From: Spirochaetia bacterium
GTDB lineage: Bacteria; Spirochaetota; Spirochaetia; DSM-27196; Salinispiraceae
Direction: 5' to 3'
DNA: 64,000 bases
Assembly: GCA_038204425.1 (NCBI GenBank)
Contig: JBBRCZ010000006.1
Location: 80,363-144,362 of the forward strand
The number at the start of each line of letters is the position of its first letter. Positions within the stretch are counted from its first letter, which is position 1. The notes under the pieces were generated by a model. The model was not told where the DNA came from. It made no database searches and worked only from the letters and a program-made list of their open reading frames with translations. This document shows positions 20,010-28,770 of this stretch, in pieces. The position numbers and the translations under genes are program-made.

Positions 20010-20038
20010 ATTGTACGTCCCAAGCGAATTGCGGTCAA
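20010..20038 (-). promoter_or_regulatory. sigma70 promoter of ilvE
   Basis: TTGACC-17 nt-TACAAT, followed by a GGAGG ribosome-binding site. Confidence 0.7.
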
Positions 20039-20061
20039 TATATCAACGGATTGAGGTCTAT

Positions 20062-20099
20062 ATTAAAGCGACCAAGCAGGATTACTTGGTCGCTTTAAT
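20062..20099 (-). terminator. Stem-loop downstream of the PP2C operon
   Basis: attaaagcgaccaag / cttggtcgctttaat form a perfect 15-bp stem with an 8-nt loop; the U-tract is poor. Confidence 0.6.
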
Positions 20100-20113
20100 G
20101 GGGTGGGCATTTT

Positions 20114-22228
20114 TTATATCAAACTACGTCTAATGACAATAATAGAAATGTCATCGGCAAACTTGCCACCATACTTCTTGAGGTCGCCGCTCGAAGCAAA
20201 TTCGGTAACTGCATTAAGCAGAGCCTGCCTAATTTCTTCCACAGGGGCTTCTACTAGTTGTTCTACCACACGCGTCACGCCGTCAGTGTCAAAGAAGCGT
20301 CCGTCACGGTCTCGAGCTTCCACCAAACCGTCGGTGTAGAGTATCAGCAGGTCGCCCGGATCAAGTGTAAACTCGCCAACTGAGGGTTTTGAGTCAACGA
20401 ACTCCGATATTCCCAAAAACGCCGTCCTATCAGTCATGCCTGGCAGTTCCAGCATCTTGCGATGTGCCTTGCGGTACAAGAGTGCCGGCAAATGCGCACC
20501 AACATGGCTAAAGGTGCCATTCTTTTCTTGGAAGATGTTGCCTGTCATAAACTTGTCACTGCCGATTCGTTGACGGTTGATCTTGACCAAGACTTTATTG
20601 ATGACATCGTAGAGCTCATTGATGGTCAGCTCTTTCTTGAGAGCTTCACAAGTGGTAATGGCACTTTGGAAGGCTGCCAGATGGATGAGGGCCATTAGGC
20701 CAGAGGGTAGGCCGTGGCCAGAAACGTCGCCAATGTCAATGTAGTTGCCAAACGAGGTGTTGGCGTAGTCATAGAGGTCTCCACCAACTTCAGTAGCAGT
20801 CAACATAGAGCCAACTATTTCATAGCCGGGTATTTCGATAGTCTTAGGAAGAATTGAAGTCTGAATGTTTTTGGCTGTTTCCATTTCGTCGGAGAGTCTG
20901 TTTCGTTCGCCCTGAATTTCCTTACCGTTGATTATGGTGAACATTATCGAAAAGATGTCTACAAAGGTTGCAAGGATTACTGCTTCCTGGGGGAAGATGT
21001 GCTCTACCGCGTCCTTGTACAAAACCAACATGCCCACAATCTCGTCTTGGTTCATGATGGGATAGAGCATAATTTTACGATACATACTCTTAAGGTTGGG
21101 TGGAAGCTCGAGTGAGGTAGCTTGCTTGCTGCGCATGGCACTAAGAACGCCGCGTTGGGCAAAGTCGAGCTTTTTGCCTTCTTTCTCTTGACGTTCCAGT
21201 TCCTCAATATCAAAGGCCTGAGACATAATATGCTTGTCCAACTCGGACTTGTTCATTCGCTTTAGATTGTCACTTAAGATCAGAGGAGCGCAAAAATTGT
21301 AAATAAACTCTGCGGACTGGACTGCCAAGAGTGTGCCTTTGCGGTGGTAGACAACTACTGACTTAAAGGCTTGTGGTTTGCTGGGCACGTTTTCTTCGAT
21401 CTGTTTCATAAACGCAACCATCGACTCTATTAGCAAGGCCTTGTCGTCTGCAGCTGTAGATACCAAGATCTTGTTGATAACACGCGATCGCTGTTTGTCA
21501 ATTTCAATTTGGCGCCGGTGAAGGTCGTTGAGGTGGTGCATGCGATAGACAAAATATTCATGGTAAGCTCTGATGGCATAAACGCCTAAGGTCAAACCCA
21601 GACCAATTAAGCTCAGACCGTGCAGCTTGTAGGCTGATTCTACAAAAACCAAAACTGTGGTAACTGCAATGCTGATGAGATACAGAACAAAGGGGTAGAC
21701 CTTGCGGCGGATAACACCGCCTTGCATACCGTAAACACCGACTGAAGCCAGTGCGGCGGCTCCAATGCCCAGCAAACTAACGATGAAGACCATTGTTTGA
21801 AAGTCGTTGCGCGGAACGCGGGTAAGTTTAGGGTTTGAGTAACCAAGGTAGGCCATAAAGACATTGACACCAATCACTAGCAAGCTAACGATTAATAGTA
21901 GTGGCACCGGCCTAAAGGCTTGCCTAAATGCGCGACGAAGTTGGTTTTTTTCTATGCGCTGTTGGTGAACCGAATACTCAAGTATTGAAAAAATAGCAAA
22001 AACCAACAGTGTATGGAGTGCGGTAAAGCCCTGCAAAAAGAAGTTTTGTATACGTTCGTCAAAGACGAGAAAATAGACAGTCTCAAGTGCACCCAAGAGG
22101 CCGATTAGAATTATTGATGACAGCAGAATCGCCGGGCGCTTGGCGTACTCAGGGCGTTTGTGTGCATCCCACCACAGAGCCAACGAAGCAACCACCAAAG
22201 CGGGGTACAAAAATAGATAAAACTGCAT
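20114..22228 (-). CDS. Membrane-bound PP2C/SpoIIE phosphatase (about 7 TM segments, GAF-like region, PP2C domain)
   Basis: AKNIQTSILP, EVGGDLYD, IGDVSGHG, LYTDGLVEA and DDIS. Confidence 0.9.
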   Translation of the reverse strand: MQFYLFLYPALVVASLALWWDAHKRPEYAKRPAILLSSIILIGLLGALETVYFLVFDERIQNFFLQGFTALHTLLVFAIFSILEYSVHQQRIEKNQLRRAFRQAFRPVPLLLIVSLLVIGVNVFMAYLGYSNPKLTRVPRNDFQTMVFIVSLLGIGAAALASVGVYGMQGGVIRRKVYPFVLYLISIAVTTVLVFVESAYKLHGLSLIGLGLTLGVYAIRAYHEYFVYRMHHLNDLHRRQIEIDKQRSRVINKILVSTAADDKALLIESMVAFMKQIEENVPSKPQAFKSVVVYHRKGTLLAVQSAEFIYNFCAPLILSDNLKRMNKSELDKHIMSQAFDIEELERQEKEGKKLDFAQRGVLSAMRSKQATSLELPPNLKSMYRKIMLYPIMNQDEIVGMLVLYKDAVEHIFPQEAVILATFVDIFSIMFTIINGKEIQGERNRLSDEMETAKNIQTSILPKTIEIPGYEIVGSMLTATEVGGDLYDYANTSFGNYIDIGDVSGHGLPSGLMALIHLAAFQSAITTCEALKKELTINELYDVINKVLVKINRQRIGSDKFMTGNIFQEKNGTFSHVGAHLPALLYRKAHRKMLELPGMTDRTAFLGISEFVDSKPSVGEFTLDPGDLLILYTDGLVEARDRDGRFFDTDGVTRVVEQLVEAPVEEIRQALLNAVTEFASSGDLKKYGGKFADDISIIVIRRSLI

Positions 22229-22256
22229 GAAACCTCCTGTTGTTTGAGGTCGTTTT

Positions 22257-23348
22257 TTATGACCTCAGCGGCATCTTACTATGTTCTTTGGCTTGATCTA
22301 GCAGAATCAGCAAGTCATCATCTACTTTGTGTTGGCTCTTGCTTTGGCTGCGTTTGCTGATCAGAGCGAGTAAATCTTGAGATTCTTTTTGAAGTTCCAT
22401 GGCCTTTTCGCTGGAACTGCCAGAGACGGTCCGGATAACCTCTACCGCTAGCACAACGCCCTGGAGGGCACCAGCTACTGAAAGTAGGGTTTGCTTTTCA
22501 GCAAGAATTGCACTACTAGACTGGCGAGTCCGGTCTGCAACCTCTTGAATCTTAGCTTGAATTTCTTTGATGAGAATCTCAATGTTTTCGAGCGAATTGG
22601 CAGTGCTCTCGGCCAAGGATCTAATCTCATGGGCAACGACTGCAAAGGCCAAACCGTGTGTTCCTGCTCGGGCAGCAACTATGGATGCGTTAATGCTTAA
22701 AATGTGCGTGCTGGATGCCACCTGACTCATAACTTCAAGAATACCGGTTATCTTCTGCGACTCGGTAAGCAAAAACTCAGTCTCTTTGAGCGACATTTCC
22801 ATTTCGTCCGCCAGAGTTGAAACTTTGCTTTGCATTTGCTCAGAAAGGGTAAAGGCTTGCTCTGCATTAGCAGCCATATTTTCTGCTATTGCAAAAGCCT
22901 GACGATTGTTCTGGTGGATAAGACGGGAGCCTTCGTCTAGTCTGCTAACGATGGCACTGTCATCGCTTTGATCACTGGATGGATCAGTTTCTTCCAGCTC
23001 ATCAACACTCATGGCTTCGAGCTTGGAAGTGACGGCAGCGATTATTGAGCTTAATGAGACCAGTTTTTCTTCCAGCAATAAACTCTTTGCAGTTTCACTT
23101 TCCAATCGTTGGTCTAGTTCGTTAACGAGAGCTTGAGCTTCGATGTTTTGCTTTTCTCTGGCATCGTCTTGTGTTGAACTCGTTTTGGCAAGGTTACGTG
23201 CAAGGCTTTGAGCTTGTAGCAGCCACACTATTGTTGAAAACACCACAGCAAGCGCCAAGACTAACGATAGACGAAGCCAAGGCGATGCCAGTAAAGTTGA
23301 TAGTGACGCCAGAATAGAAAATGCCAGAAAAGGAAGCAATTTACTCAA
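22257..23348 (-). CDS. Methyl-accepting chemotaxis protein-like, short (2 TM segments, no periplasmic sensor)
   Basis: Hairpin tip THILSINASIVAARAGTHGLAFAVVAHEIRSLAE. Confidence 0.8.
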   Translation of the reverse strand: MSKLLPFLAFSILASLSTLLASPWLRLSLVLALAVVFSTIVWLLQAQSLARNLAKTSSTQDDAREKQNIEAQALVNELDQRLESETAKSLLLEEKLVSLSSIIAAVTSKLEAMSVDELEETDPSSDQSDDSAIVSRLDEGSRLIHQNNRQAFAIAENMAANAEQAFTLSEQMQSKVSTLADEMEMSLKETEFLLTESQKITGILEVMSQVASSTHILSINASIVAARAGTHGLAFAVVAHEIRSLAESTANSLENIEILIKEIQAKIQEVADRTRQSSSAILAEKQTLLSVAGALQGVVLAVEVIRTVSGSSSEKAMELQKESQDLLALISKRSQSKSQHKVDDDLLILLDQAKEHSKMPLRS

Positions 23349-23721
23349 GGCTTACTGCCCCAGGAACTAAGAAAGTGAGCGTTGGCAGACTCGTTGCTTG
23401 CCAGGTTACTTCCTTGCTGTGCAATATTTTAATGGTATAGCGCTTGTCGGAAGGAGCGGACGCAAGCGTCATGATCCATTTTGCCAAAGCCTTGATGCCA
23501 GATGAGTTAAGGAAAGTTAACGCCCTCATGTCTGCTTCCACTACTTTAATCCCACTTGACAAAGCGCCTTTGTGCACTTTATCAAAGAGTGGGTCTAGGA
23601 TCACACTTGGATCCTGCATGTCGATCTCGCCAGTAATTATGACCGAGATGCCATCGGGCTTGTCGGCTACTTCTATAGCTACTTTGCCTTGTTTTATCGG
23701 CTCTATGCTTAACTTGTTCAT
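23341..23721 (-). CDS. STAS-like switch protein (SiaC/slr1659-like)
   Basis: GEIDM, DMRALTFLNSSGIK phospho-acceptor motif, and WQATSL. Confidence 0.75.
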   Translation of the reverse strand: MNKLSIEPIKQGKVAIEVADKPDGISVIITGEIDMQDPSVILDPLFDKVHKGALSSGIKVVEADMRALTFLNSSGIKALAKWIMTLASAPSDKRYTIKILHSKEVTWQATSLPTLTFLVPGAVSLE

Positions 23722-23761
23722 TTTATGGTACTCCCTTGTTTTCCTTTTGTGGGTTAATCTA

Positions 23762-24238
23762 TCATTCTAGTTCTAGGCGGAATGTTACCGTGTCACTGGT
23801 TGTATCCAAAAAGATCTTACAACCTGTTTCGTAGCGAATGCGAACCAAGCCAAGTTGGCTCTTGCCGTCACTGCGAACAGCGGCTTCCCTCATCATGGCA
23901 ACATAAGCTTCGAGTGGATCGCCTTCCATAACTCTTTCAAAGAGTTTTTTTACGTAGGCGATAGATTCGGGAGTCGCTTTGTTGGACACTGCTATCGCCA
24001 TTGCTTTTTCGCCGTCAGGAAAAAGTGCCATTTGAACCTTGGTTTCTTCTTCTGATGCATACTTGACGGCGTTCTCGAGCAATTCGCTCGCAGCCATAGC
24101 TATCTTATCTGCTTTTGCATTATCTGCAAGGCTAACTGCAAGGAAATTTTGAATGAATCCGCGTACTACTGCAATGTACTTCCAGCGCGGTCCAAACGCA
24201 AGCTTAATGTAACCATCGCGTTTCGTTGTTTCTGCCAT
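23762..24238 (-). CDS. GHKL-type Ser kinase (SiaB/slr1658-like)
   Basis: SELLENAVKY N-box, VSN, DPLEAY and KSQLGLVRI. Confidence 0.75.
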   Translation of the reverse strand: MAETTKRDGYIKLAFGPRWKYIAVVRGFIQNFLAVSLADNAKADKIAMAASELLENAVKYASEEETKVQMALFPDGEKAMAIAVSNKATPESIAYVKKLFERVMEGDPLEAYVAMMREAAVRSDGKSQLGLVRIRYETGCKIFLDTTSDTVTFRLELE

Positions 24239-24371
24239 AATTGTGGCCTCCTTCTATCAACATTTAGCTCAGCCTGGGAACAGGTGGCCAAGAGAGAATC
24301 CATTCTCTCCAGTCTAAAGGTTAGTGCATGCCGGATCAGACTTCAAGATAGACATTAGAAACAATTGACTT

Positions 24372-26117
24372 TCAGTTAAGAAAGCCTAGGCTAAGTTCTA
24401 TAAAAGGTCGCCATTGTGCGGAATTTTCTTGCGCCATAAGCTGAGCGTCCCAGATAGCACCCGCGCCCACGAAGACGTTTAAGCCTGATTGGTCTGCAAG
24501 TCCTGTGTTAATGCCCAAGCGCAGACCTTGGTCGAGCAAGCCAAGACTGGCCCATTGGTCAAAGGCTCGAGATTGTAGGCTGGCTTGTACGGCAAGATAG
24601 AGCCAATCGAGATCAAGGCCCAGACTTAGGCCAGCGCTTAGACCGGCGTTCCAGTCAATCTGACGAGCGATGCTGCGGTAGGGGCCAAGATAGATGCCAA
24701 GCTCGAGCGTTGCAAAAAAGTGTTCATATTCAAACTGGATAGTGTTTGAAAGCTTAAAGCCAGGTGTGCGAGAGAAGATCTCGCTTCCAAAAGGCAGTAC
24801 TTTGTCCTGGTCAATGAGGTAAGCCATAAAGAACTGCAACGAACCAGAAAAAACCTGGGCCAGTCGCGCTGGGGCATAGGCCCATTTTAGGTTGCTGCCA
24901 ATCATAATGTCCGGTTCGGAACCACCAAGATCATTCTGGTTTTGGTCACTTGCAGTTTCAAGCATTAGTCCTGCCGAAACTTCTATATTGTCGCCAGTGC
25001 CGAGTCTCATGCTTGCTGAGAGACTTGTAGAAAGACTGTCATTTAGTTCTTCGCCCAAGGGCATCAGCATCAGTCCAAAAGCCGCCTGAATGGCGTTTGC
25101 CGCCAAGACGTGCGAGTCGTTTACTTGGGTGCTGCCAGAGAACAGCCCGTTTTGTGAACGATGTTTGAGAAAGCTGGAGCTGTCTATACTTACTGAGCCA
25201 TTGAGAATCACCTCAGCGCCGCTGACGCTAGGGCCAGGTTGGAGCACAAGCCGGTAGCGATAGTCACCGTCGTCAAGACGCAAGCCTTGTGAGTCCTTTC
25301 CGTCCCACTCAATTTCCTGGAGCCACGTTTTAAAGTCCGAGCTTTTGGCGGTCCAGGCAACAAGACCATCTTTGCCAAAAAGCAGCAGTTCTGCTGAGCC
25401 CGGAGCGTCCACTTCAAAGCGCAGGTTGGTGGTACCAAGTTTGCCCAAGTTTTCCGGTCTAAAGCGACTGCGACTTGGAGAAACCAATCGAGCCGCAAAG
25501 GGTGCTGCTTCTAAGTCGACATACAAACTGGCAAGGTGATCCTCTGCAACGTAAAACGCGACACTTTGGTCAACAAAAGCAAATGACCTTACGGTTACTG
25601 AGTTGCTTCCCGGGCGGATCTCGTAATAATCGCTTCCAATGATGGTCTCGGCCTCTTTGCCGTTGACCAAGACTTGGTCAATCTTTTGGTTTGCGTCGAC
25701 GCTGAGATAGGCGCGCTCAGGCTCCATGGTCACTTCGTATAAATAACGATAGCCATTTCTTATTTGAATGGTTCCGTAAAAGGACTTGTAGTTGTTTCGT
25801 TCTACACGGTAGCTGTAAGTTCCGGCTGGAAGCCGCGCGACGGTTAACGGATTGCCAATGACGCGACGTCCATCTATCCACAATACGCAACCATCTGGAT
25901 CAGTGTCGATGGAAAAAACATCGCTGGCTTCTGTCTTGGCGTCTTTTTCTATTTCTTGGCTTTTTTCTACACGAGAGTCTTTTATTTGATAAAACGGCAG
26001 CTGAAAATAGTCAATTTTTGCTCGCGCGCTTTGTGAGTATGCGCTGCCGCAAAAGACGAGTAGCATAAAAAAGACCCAAAAACCGGTTTTTTTTGACCAT
26101 AGTTTAAAAGCAATCAT
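24372..26117 (-). CDS. Exported PEGA + FlgD-Ig domain protein with a C-terminal beta-rich region
   Basis: Signal peptide, IDTDPDGCVLWIDG...LPAGTYSYRVE (PEGA) and WDGKDSQG...DGDYRY (FlgD Ig). The start is placed at ATG 26117 after GGAG. Confidence 0.7.
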   Translation of the reverse strand: MIAFKLWSKKTGFWVFFMLLVFCGSAYSQSARAKIDYFQLPFYQIKDSRVEKSQEIEKDAKTEASDVFSIDTDPDGCVLWIDGRRVIGNPLTVARLPAGTYSYRVERNNYKSFYGTIQIRNGYRYLYEVTMEPERAYLSVDANQKIDQVLVNGKEAETIIGSDYYEIRPGSNSVTVRSFAFVDQSVAFYVAEDHLASLYVDLEAAPFAARLVSPSRSRFRPENLGKLGTTNLRFEVDAPGSAELLLFGKDGLVAWTAKSSDFKTWLQEIEWDGKDSQGLRLDDGDYRYRLVLQPGPSVSGAEVILNGSVSIDSSSFLKHRSQNGLFSGSTQVNDSHVLAANAIQAAFGLMLMPLGEELNDSLSTSLSASMRLGTGDNIEVSAGLMLETASDQNQNDLGGSEPDIMIGSNLKWAYAPARLAQVFSGSLQFFMAYLIDQDKVLPFGSEIFSRTPGFKLSNTIQFEYEHFFATLELGIYLGPYRSIARQIDWNAGLSAGLSLGLDLDWLYLAVQASLQSRAFDQWASLGLLDQGLRLGINTGLADQSGLNVFVGAGAIWDAQLMAQENSAQWRPFIELSLGFLN

Positions 26118-26168
26118 TGTTTTGGCTCCGTAAAAAGGGCTGAAACAGGCTAAGCCTGAGGAGGTCAC

Positions 26169-26585
26169 ATGAACAGTTTAAATTCAATTCTTCTGGAAGG
26201 CAATCTCACACGAGATCCAGATGGCAAAGCAACCCCAAAAGGGGTTCCGGTATGCACCTTTACGATCGCATCCAATCGTTTTTACAATCCTGGTGATGGC
26301 GTGCAAAAGGAAACGTCGTTTTTTGATGTAGAAACGTGGTCAGGACTAGCCGAACGCTGCTCGATTGAACTCAAGAAAGGTCGAGGCGTGCGTGTGGTGG
26401 GTCGGCTCAAGCAAGAACGCTGGCAAGATCCCGAAGGCAAAGGTCGAGTAAAAGTCAAAGTAGTGGCTGAACACGTTGAGTTTAAGCCAATTTTTGCCCG
26501 CAAGGAGCAAGAACAGGCCATCGAAGACGATGAAAACGAGGCATCGGTCGTGCTAGAAGAACAAGAAATGGAGTCGGTTTTGTAA
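26169..26585 (+). CDS. ssb: Single-stranded DNA-binding protein
   Basis: LEGNLTRDP, FFDVETW and KGRGVRVVGRLKQERW, with a GAGGAGG ribosome-binding site. Confidence 0.93.
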   Translation: MNSLNSILLEGNLTRDPDGKATPKGVPVCTFTIASNRFYNPGDGVQKETSFFDVETWSGLAERCSIELKKGRGVRVVGRLKQERWQDPEGKGRVKVKVVAEHVEFKPIFARKEQEQAIEDDENEASVVLEEQEMESVL

Positions 26586-26603
26586 TCGCCTTACTGTTCC
26601 ATC

Positions 26604-26633
26604 TTGACGCAGCAAGCTAGCTAACGCTATGGT
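26604..26633 (+). promoter_or_regulatory. trp operon promoter
   Basis: TTGACG-18 nt-TATGGT, ending 7 nt before the leader-peptide ATG. Confidence 0.65.
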
Positions 26634-26640
26634 AGTTTGT

Positions 26641-26703
26641 ATGGAAGTCAAGGAAATAGCAAAGAGCGATTTCATTATTCAAACTTGGTGGTGGCTCGGA
26701 TAG
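26641..26703 (+). CDS. trpL: trp operon leader peptide MEVKEIAKSDFIIQTWWWLG
   Basis: A 20-aa ORF with three consecutive TGG codons upstream of trpE; not in the ORF track. Confidence 0.9.
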   Translation: MEVKEIAKSDFIIQTWWWLG

Positions 26704-26766
26704 TTTTCGGGCCGGCTATGCTATGGACAAAGGCCCCGTGCGCTACGCTGGGAGTCTACCGAAACG

Positions 26767-26806
26767 AAGGTCGTACATCCTTGCCTTGGATGCGCGGCCT
26801 TTTTTT
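26767..26806 (+). terminator. trp attenuator terminator
   Basis: Stem aaggtcgtacatcc / ggatgcgcggcctt with a 7-nt loop and a T-run, lying between trpL and trpE. Confidence 0.85.
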
Positions 26807-26852
26807 GTTTCTTTTTTGCTTGGACAAGTAACTGAATGATTTGGAGGACCGC

Positions 26853-28766
26853 ATGAGCGACAGAACGAGCGACAGAACAAGCGACAGTGAAATCATAATA
26901 AAAATTGTGCCTGGTGAAAAACATACACCGTATTCGTTGGCCGAAAAACTCGGCGCTCGCTGCATCCTAGAGTCATCGTCAATCGACAAAGGTCGCGAGC
27001 GCTATTCGGTGCTTTTGATTAAAGAGGCCTTTAAACTTATTCAAGACCAAGAAGACATCTTGTTCCTGCGTCAAGGCGAGCAGAAACCCTACAAAGTGGT
27101 CTCGCGGGCGCGTGACATCCTCGATGTTTGCAGCTACTTTGCCGATCAGCATGATCCAGTGCGCCAAGGCTTTCCGTTACCATCAGGTGGGGTTGGATTT
27201 TTAAGCTACGAGTTTGCCCGTTTTTGCGACACGGTCAACTTTGCTTATCAGGCTGACCCGCTCGGACTACCAGATGCCGCCTTTATTTTTGGCCACGTCT
27301 TTGTTATCTTTGACCATTATACTGACATGCTCTATCTGATTGGTATCAACTATAAAGAAGCTAAGATTGACCTCCAAGTCCAAATAAACGCCTTGGAAAA
27401 GCGACTGTCAGGACAACGTGGCAGCGACTTAGAACATGACATTGAACTGGGAGAACTTGAACAGCTAAATCAGAAGGAAAACGAAAAGGCTTGCGAAGTC
27501 TACTGTCTATCTAATCAAGAAGAAGACGAAGCTTACTATCGCGCGGGGGTCGACAAAGTTCGCGAGCAGGTAATTGCTGGCAATCTCTTGCAAGCCGTTT
27601 TGTCGCGTCGTGTTGTTCTCTATAGCGACATCAAGGCGCTGCAAGCCTACCGCTACCTAAGATCAAACAATCCATCGCCTTATTTGTTCTATTTGGATTT
27701 TGGCAATTTTCAGATTTTTGGTGCCAGTCCTGAGGTTCATGTTAAAGTTAAAGAGGGCAATGCTGTGCTTCGACCGATAGCTGGCACTCGGCGCCGCGGT
27801 AGCAGCAAGGACGAGGACAAGGCGCTTGAAGCCGAACTACTTGCTGATCCAAAAGAAAAGGCAGAACACCTGATGTTAGTTGACCTTGGGCGCAACGACC
27901 TTGGTCGAGTATGCGAGGGTGGATCAGTTAAGGTAAGCGAACTGATGGGAATAGAACGTTACAGCCATGTGATGCACATCGTTAGCCAAGTAGAGGGCAA
28001 GCTTGCCAAGGGCAAGAACGGTATTGATGCACTAAGAGCGACTTTTCCAGCGGGGACCGTATCCGGAGCTCCAAAAATAAGAGCTATGGAAGTTCTCAGC
28101 AAAATTGAAAAAGAAAGACGTGGAATTTACGCCGGAGCTATAGGATACATTGAACCAGGTGGTGATTTGGACACCTGCATTGCCATAAGAACTGGTATCA
28201 AGATTGGCAAAAAGTTGATCTTTCAAGCTGGGGCTGGCATAGTCTACGATTCCACCGCTGAGCGAGAACTCGAAGAAACGCGCGAAAAAATGGCCACTTT
28301 GCTCAGGTCAGTTGGGCTTGACCCGCACAAGGCGTTGAGTGCTCGTTTGCACAGCAACAATTTTGAAGACGACACCGACACCGACTTTGATGTTAGTGTG
28401 GGTTTTTCGGCAGCAGGCACTTCGGTTAAGTCAAAGTTGGCGCATCGAAAAGACAAAAAACCGCAAGAAAAAACCGAGATAGCAGCATCCAAGACAGTGA
28501 CCGAACCGTCGGTTCAAAGCAGCATTGACAACTTGGTTGCGGAGAAGTCCCATGCCTCGCAGTTTGCCCAAAACCTAACCGACCATGTCCCTGACCCCTG
28601 GACCGAACAACAAGAGGACATGATGCCACTAGACTGGGACTTTGACCCTGAGGGCTCAGGCGGATCAAAGGAAATTCAGTTAGAAATCGATGCTCTTATT
28701 CGCAACCGCGCCGAGCACACGCTTGGTGGCACCGAAGAACTCGAAGAACTAGAAGAACTGGAGTAA
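26853..28766 (+). CDS. trpE: Anthranilate synthase component I with an acidic C-terminal extension
   Basis: ILESS, NPSPY, GASPE, PIAGTRRRG, EHLMLVDLGRND and FPAGTVSGAPK. The start is placed at ATG 26853 after GGAGG. Confidence 0.95.
   Translation: MSDRTSDRTSDSEIIIKIVPGEKHTPYSLAEKLGARCILESSSIDKGRERYSVLLIKEAFKLIQDQEDILFLRQGEQKPYKVVSRARDILDVCSYFADQHDPVRQGFPLPSGGVGFLSYEFARFCDTVNFAYQADPLGLPDAAFIFGHVFVIFDHYTDMLYLIGINYKEAKIDLQVQINALEKRLSGQRGSDLEHDIELGELEQLNQKENEKACEVYCLSNQEEDEAYYRAGVDKVREQVIAGNLLQAVLSRRVVLYSDIKALQAYRYLRSNNPSPYLFYLDFGNFQIFGASPEVHVKVKEGNAVLRPIAGTRRRGSSKDEDKALEAELLADPKEKAEHLMLVDLGRNDLGRVCEGGSVKVSELMGIERYSHVMHIVSQVEGKLAKGKNGIDALRATFPAGTVSGAPKIRAMEVLSKIEKERRGIYAGAIGYIEPGGDLDTCIAIRTGIKIGKKLIFQAGAGIVYDSTAERELEETREKMATLLRSVGLDPHKALSARLHSNNFEDDTDTDFDVSVGFSAAGTSVKSKLAHRKDKKPQEKTEIAASKTVTEPSVQSSIDNLVAEKSHASQFAQNLTDHVPDPWTEQQEDMMPLDWDFDPEGSGGSKEIQLEIDALIRNRAEHTLGGTEELEELEELE
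26856..26887 (+). repeat. 12-bp tandem repeat (SDRT, about 2.7 copies) at the start of trpE
   Basis: agcgacagaacg agcgacagaaca agcgacag. Confidence 0.85.
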
Positions 28767-28770
28767 GAAC

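Noticed and set aside
26615..26627. agctagctaac resembling a TrpR operator
   Set aside because: Only an 8-bp palindrome with a partial match, and no trpR gene is in the window.
26637..26831. 64-aa ORF upstream of trpE, and a possible T-box
   Set aside because: The overlapping frame gives a WWW leader peptide and a terminator, and no GGUGGNACC T-box consensus is present.
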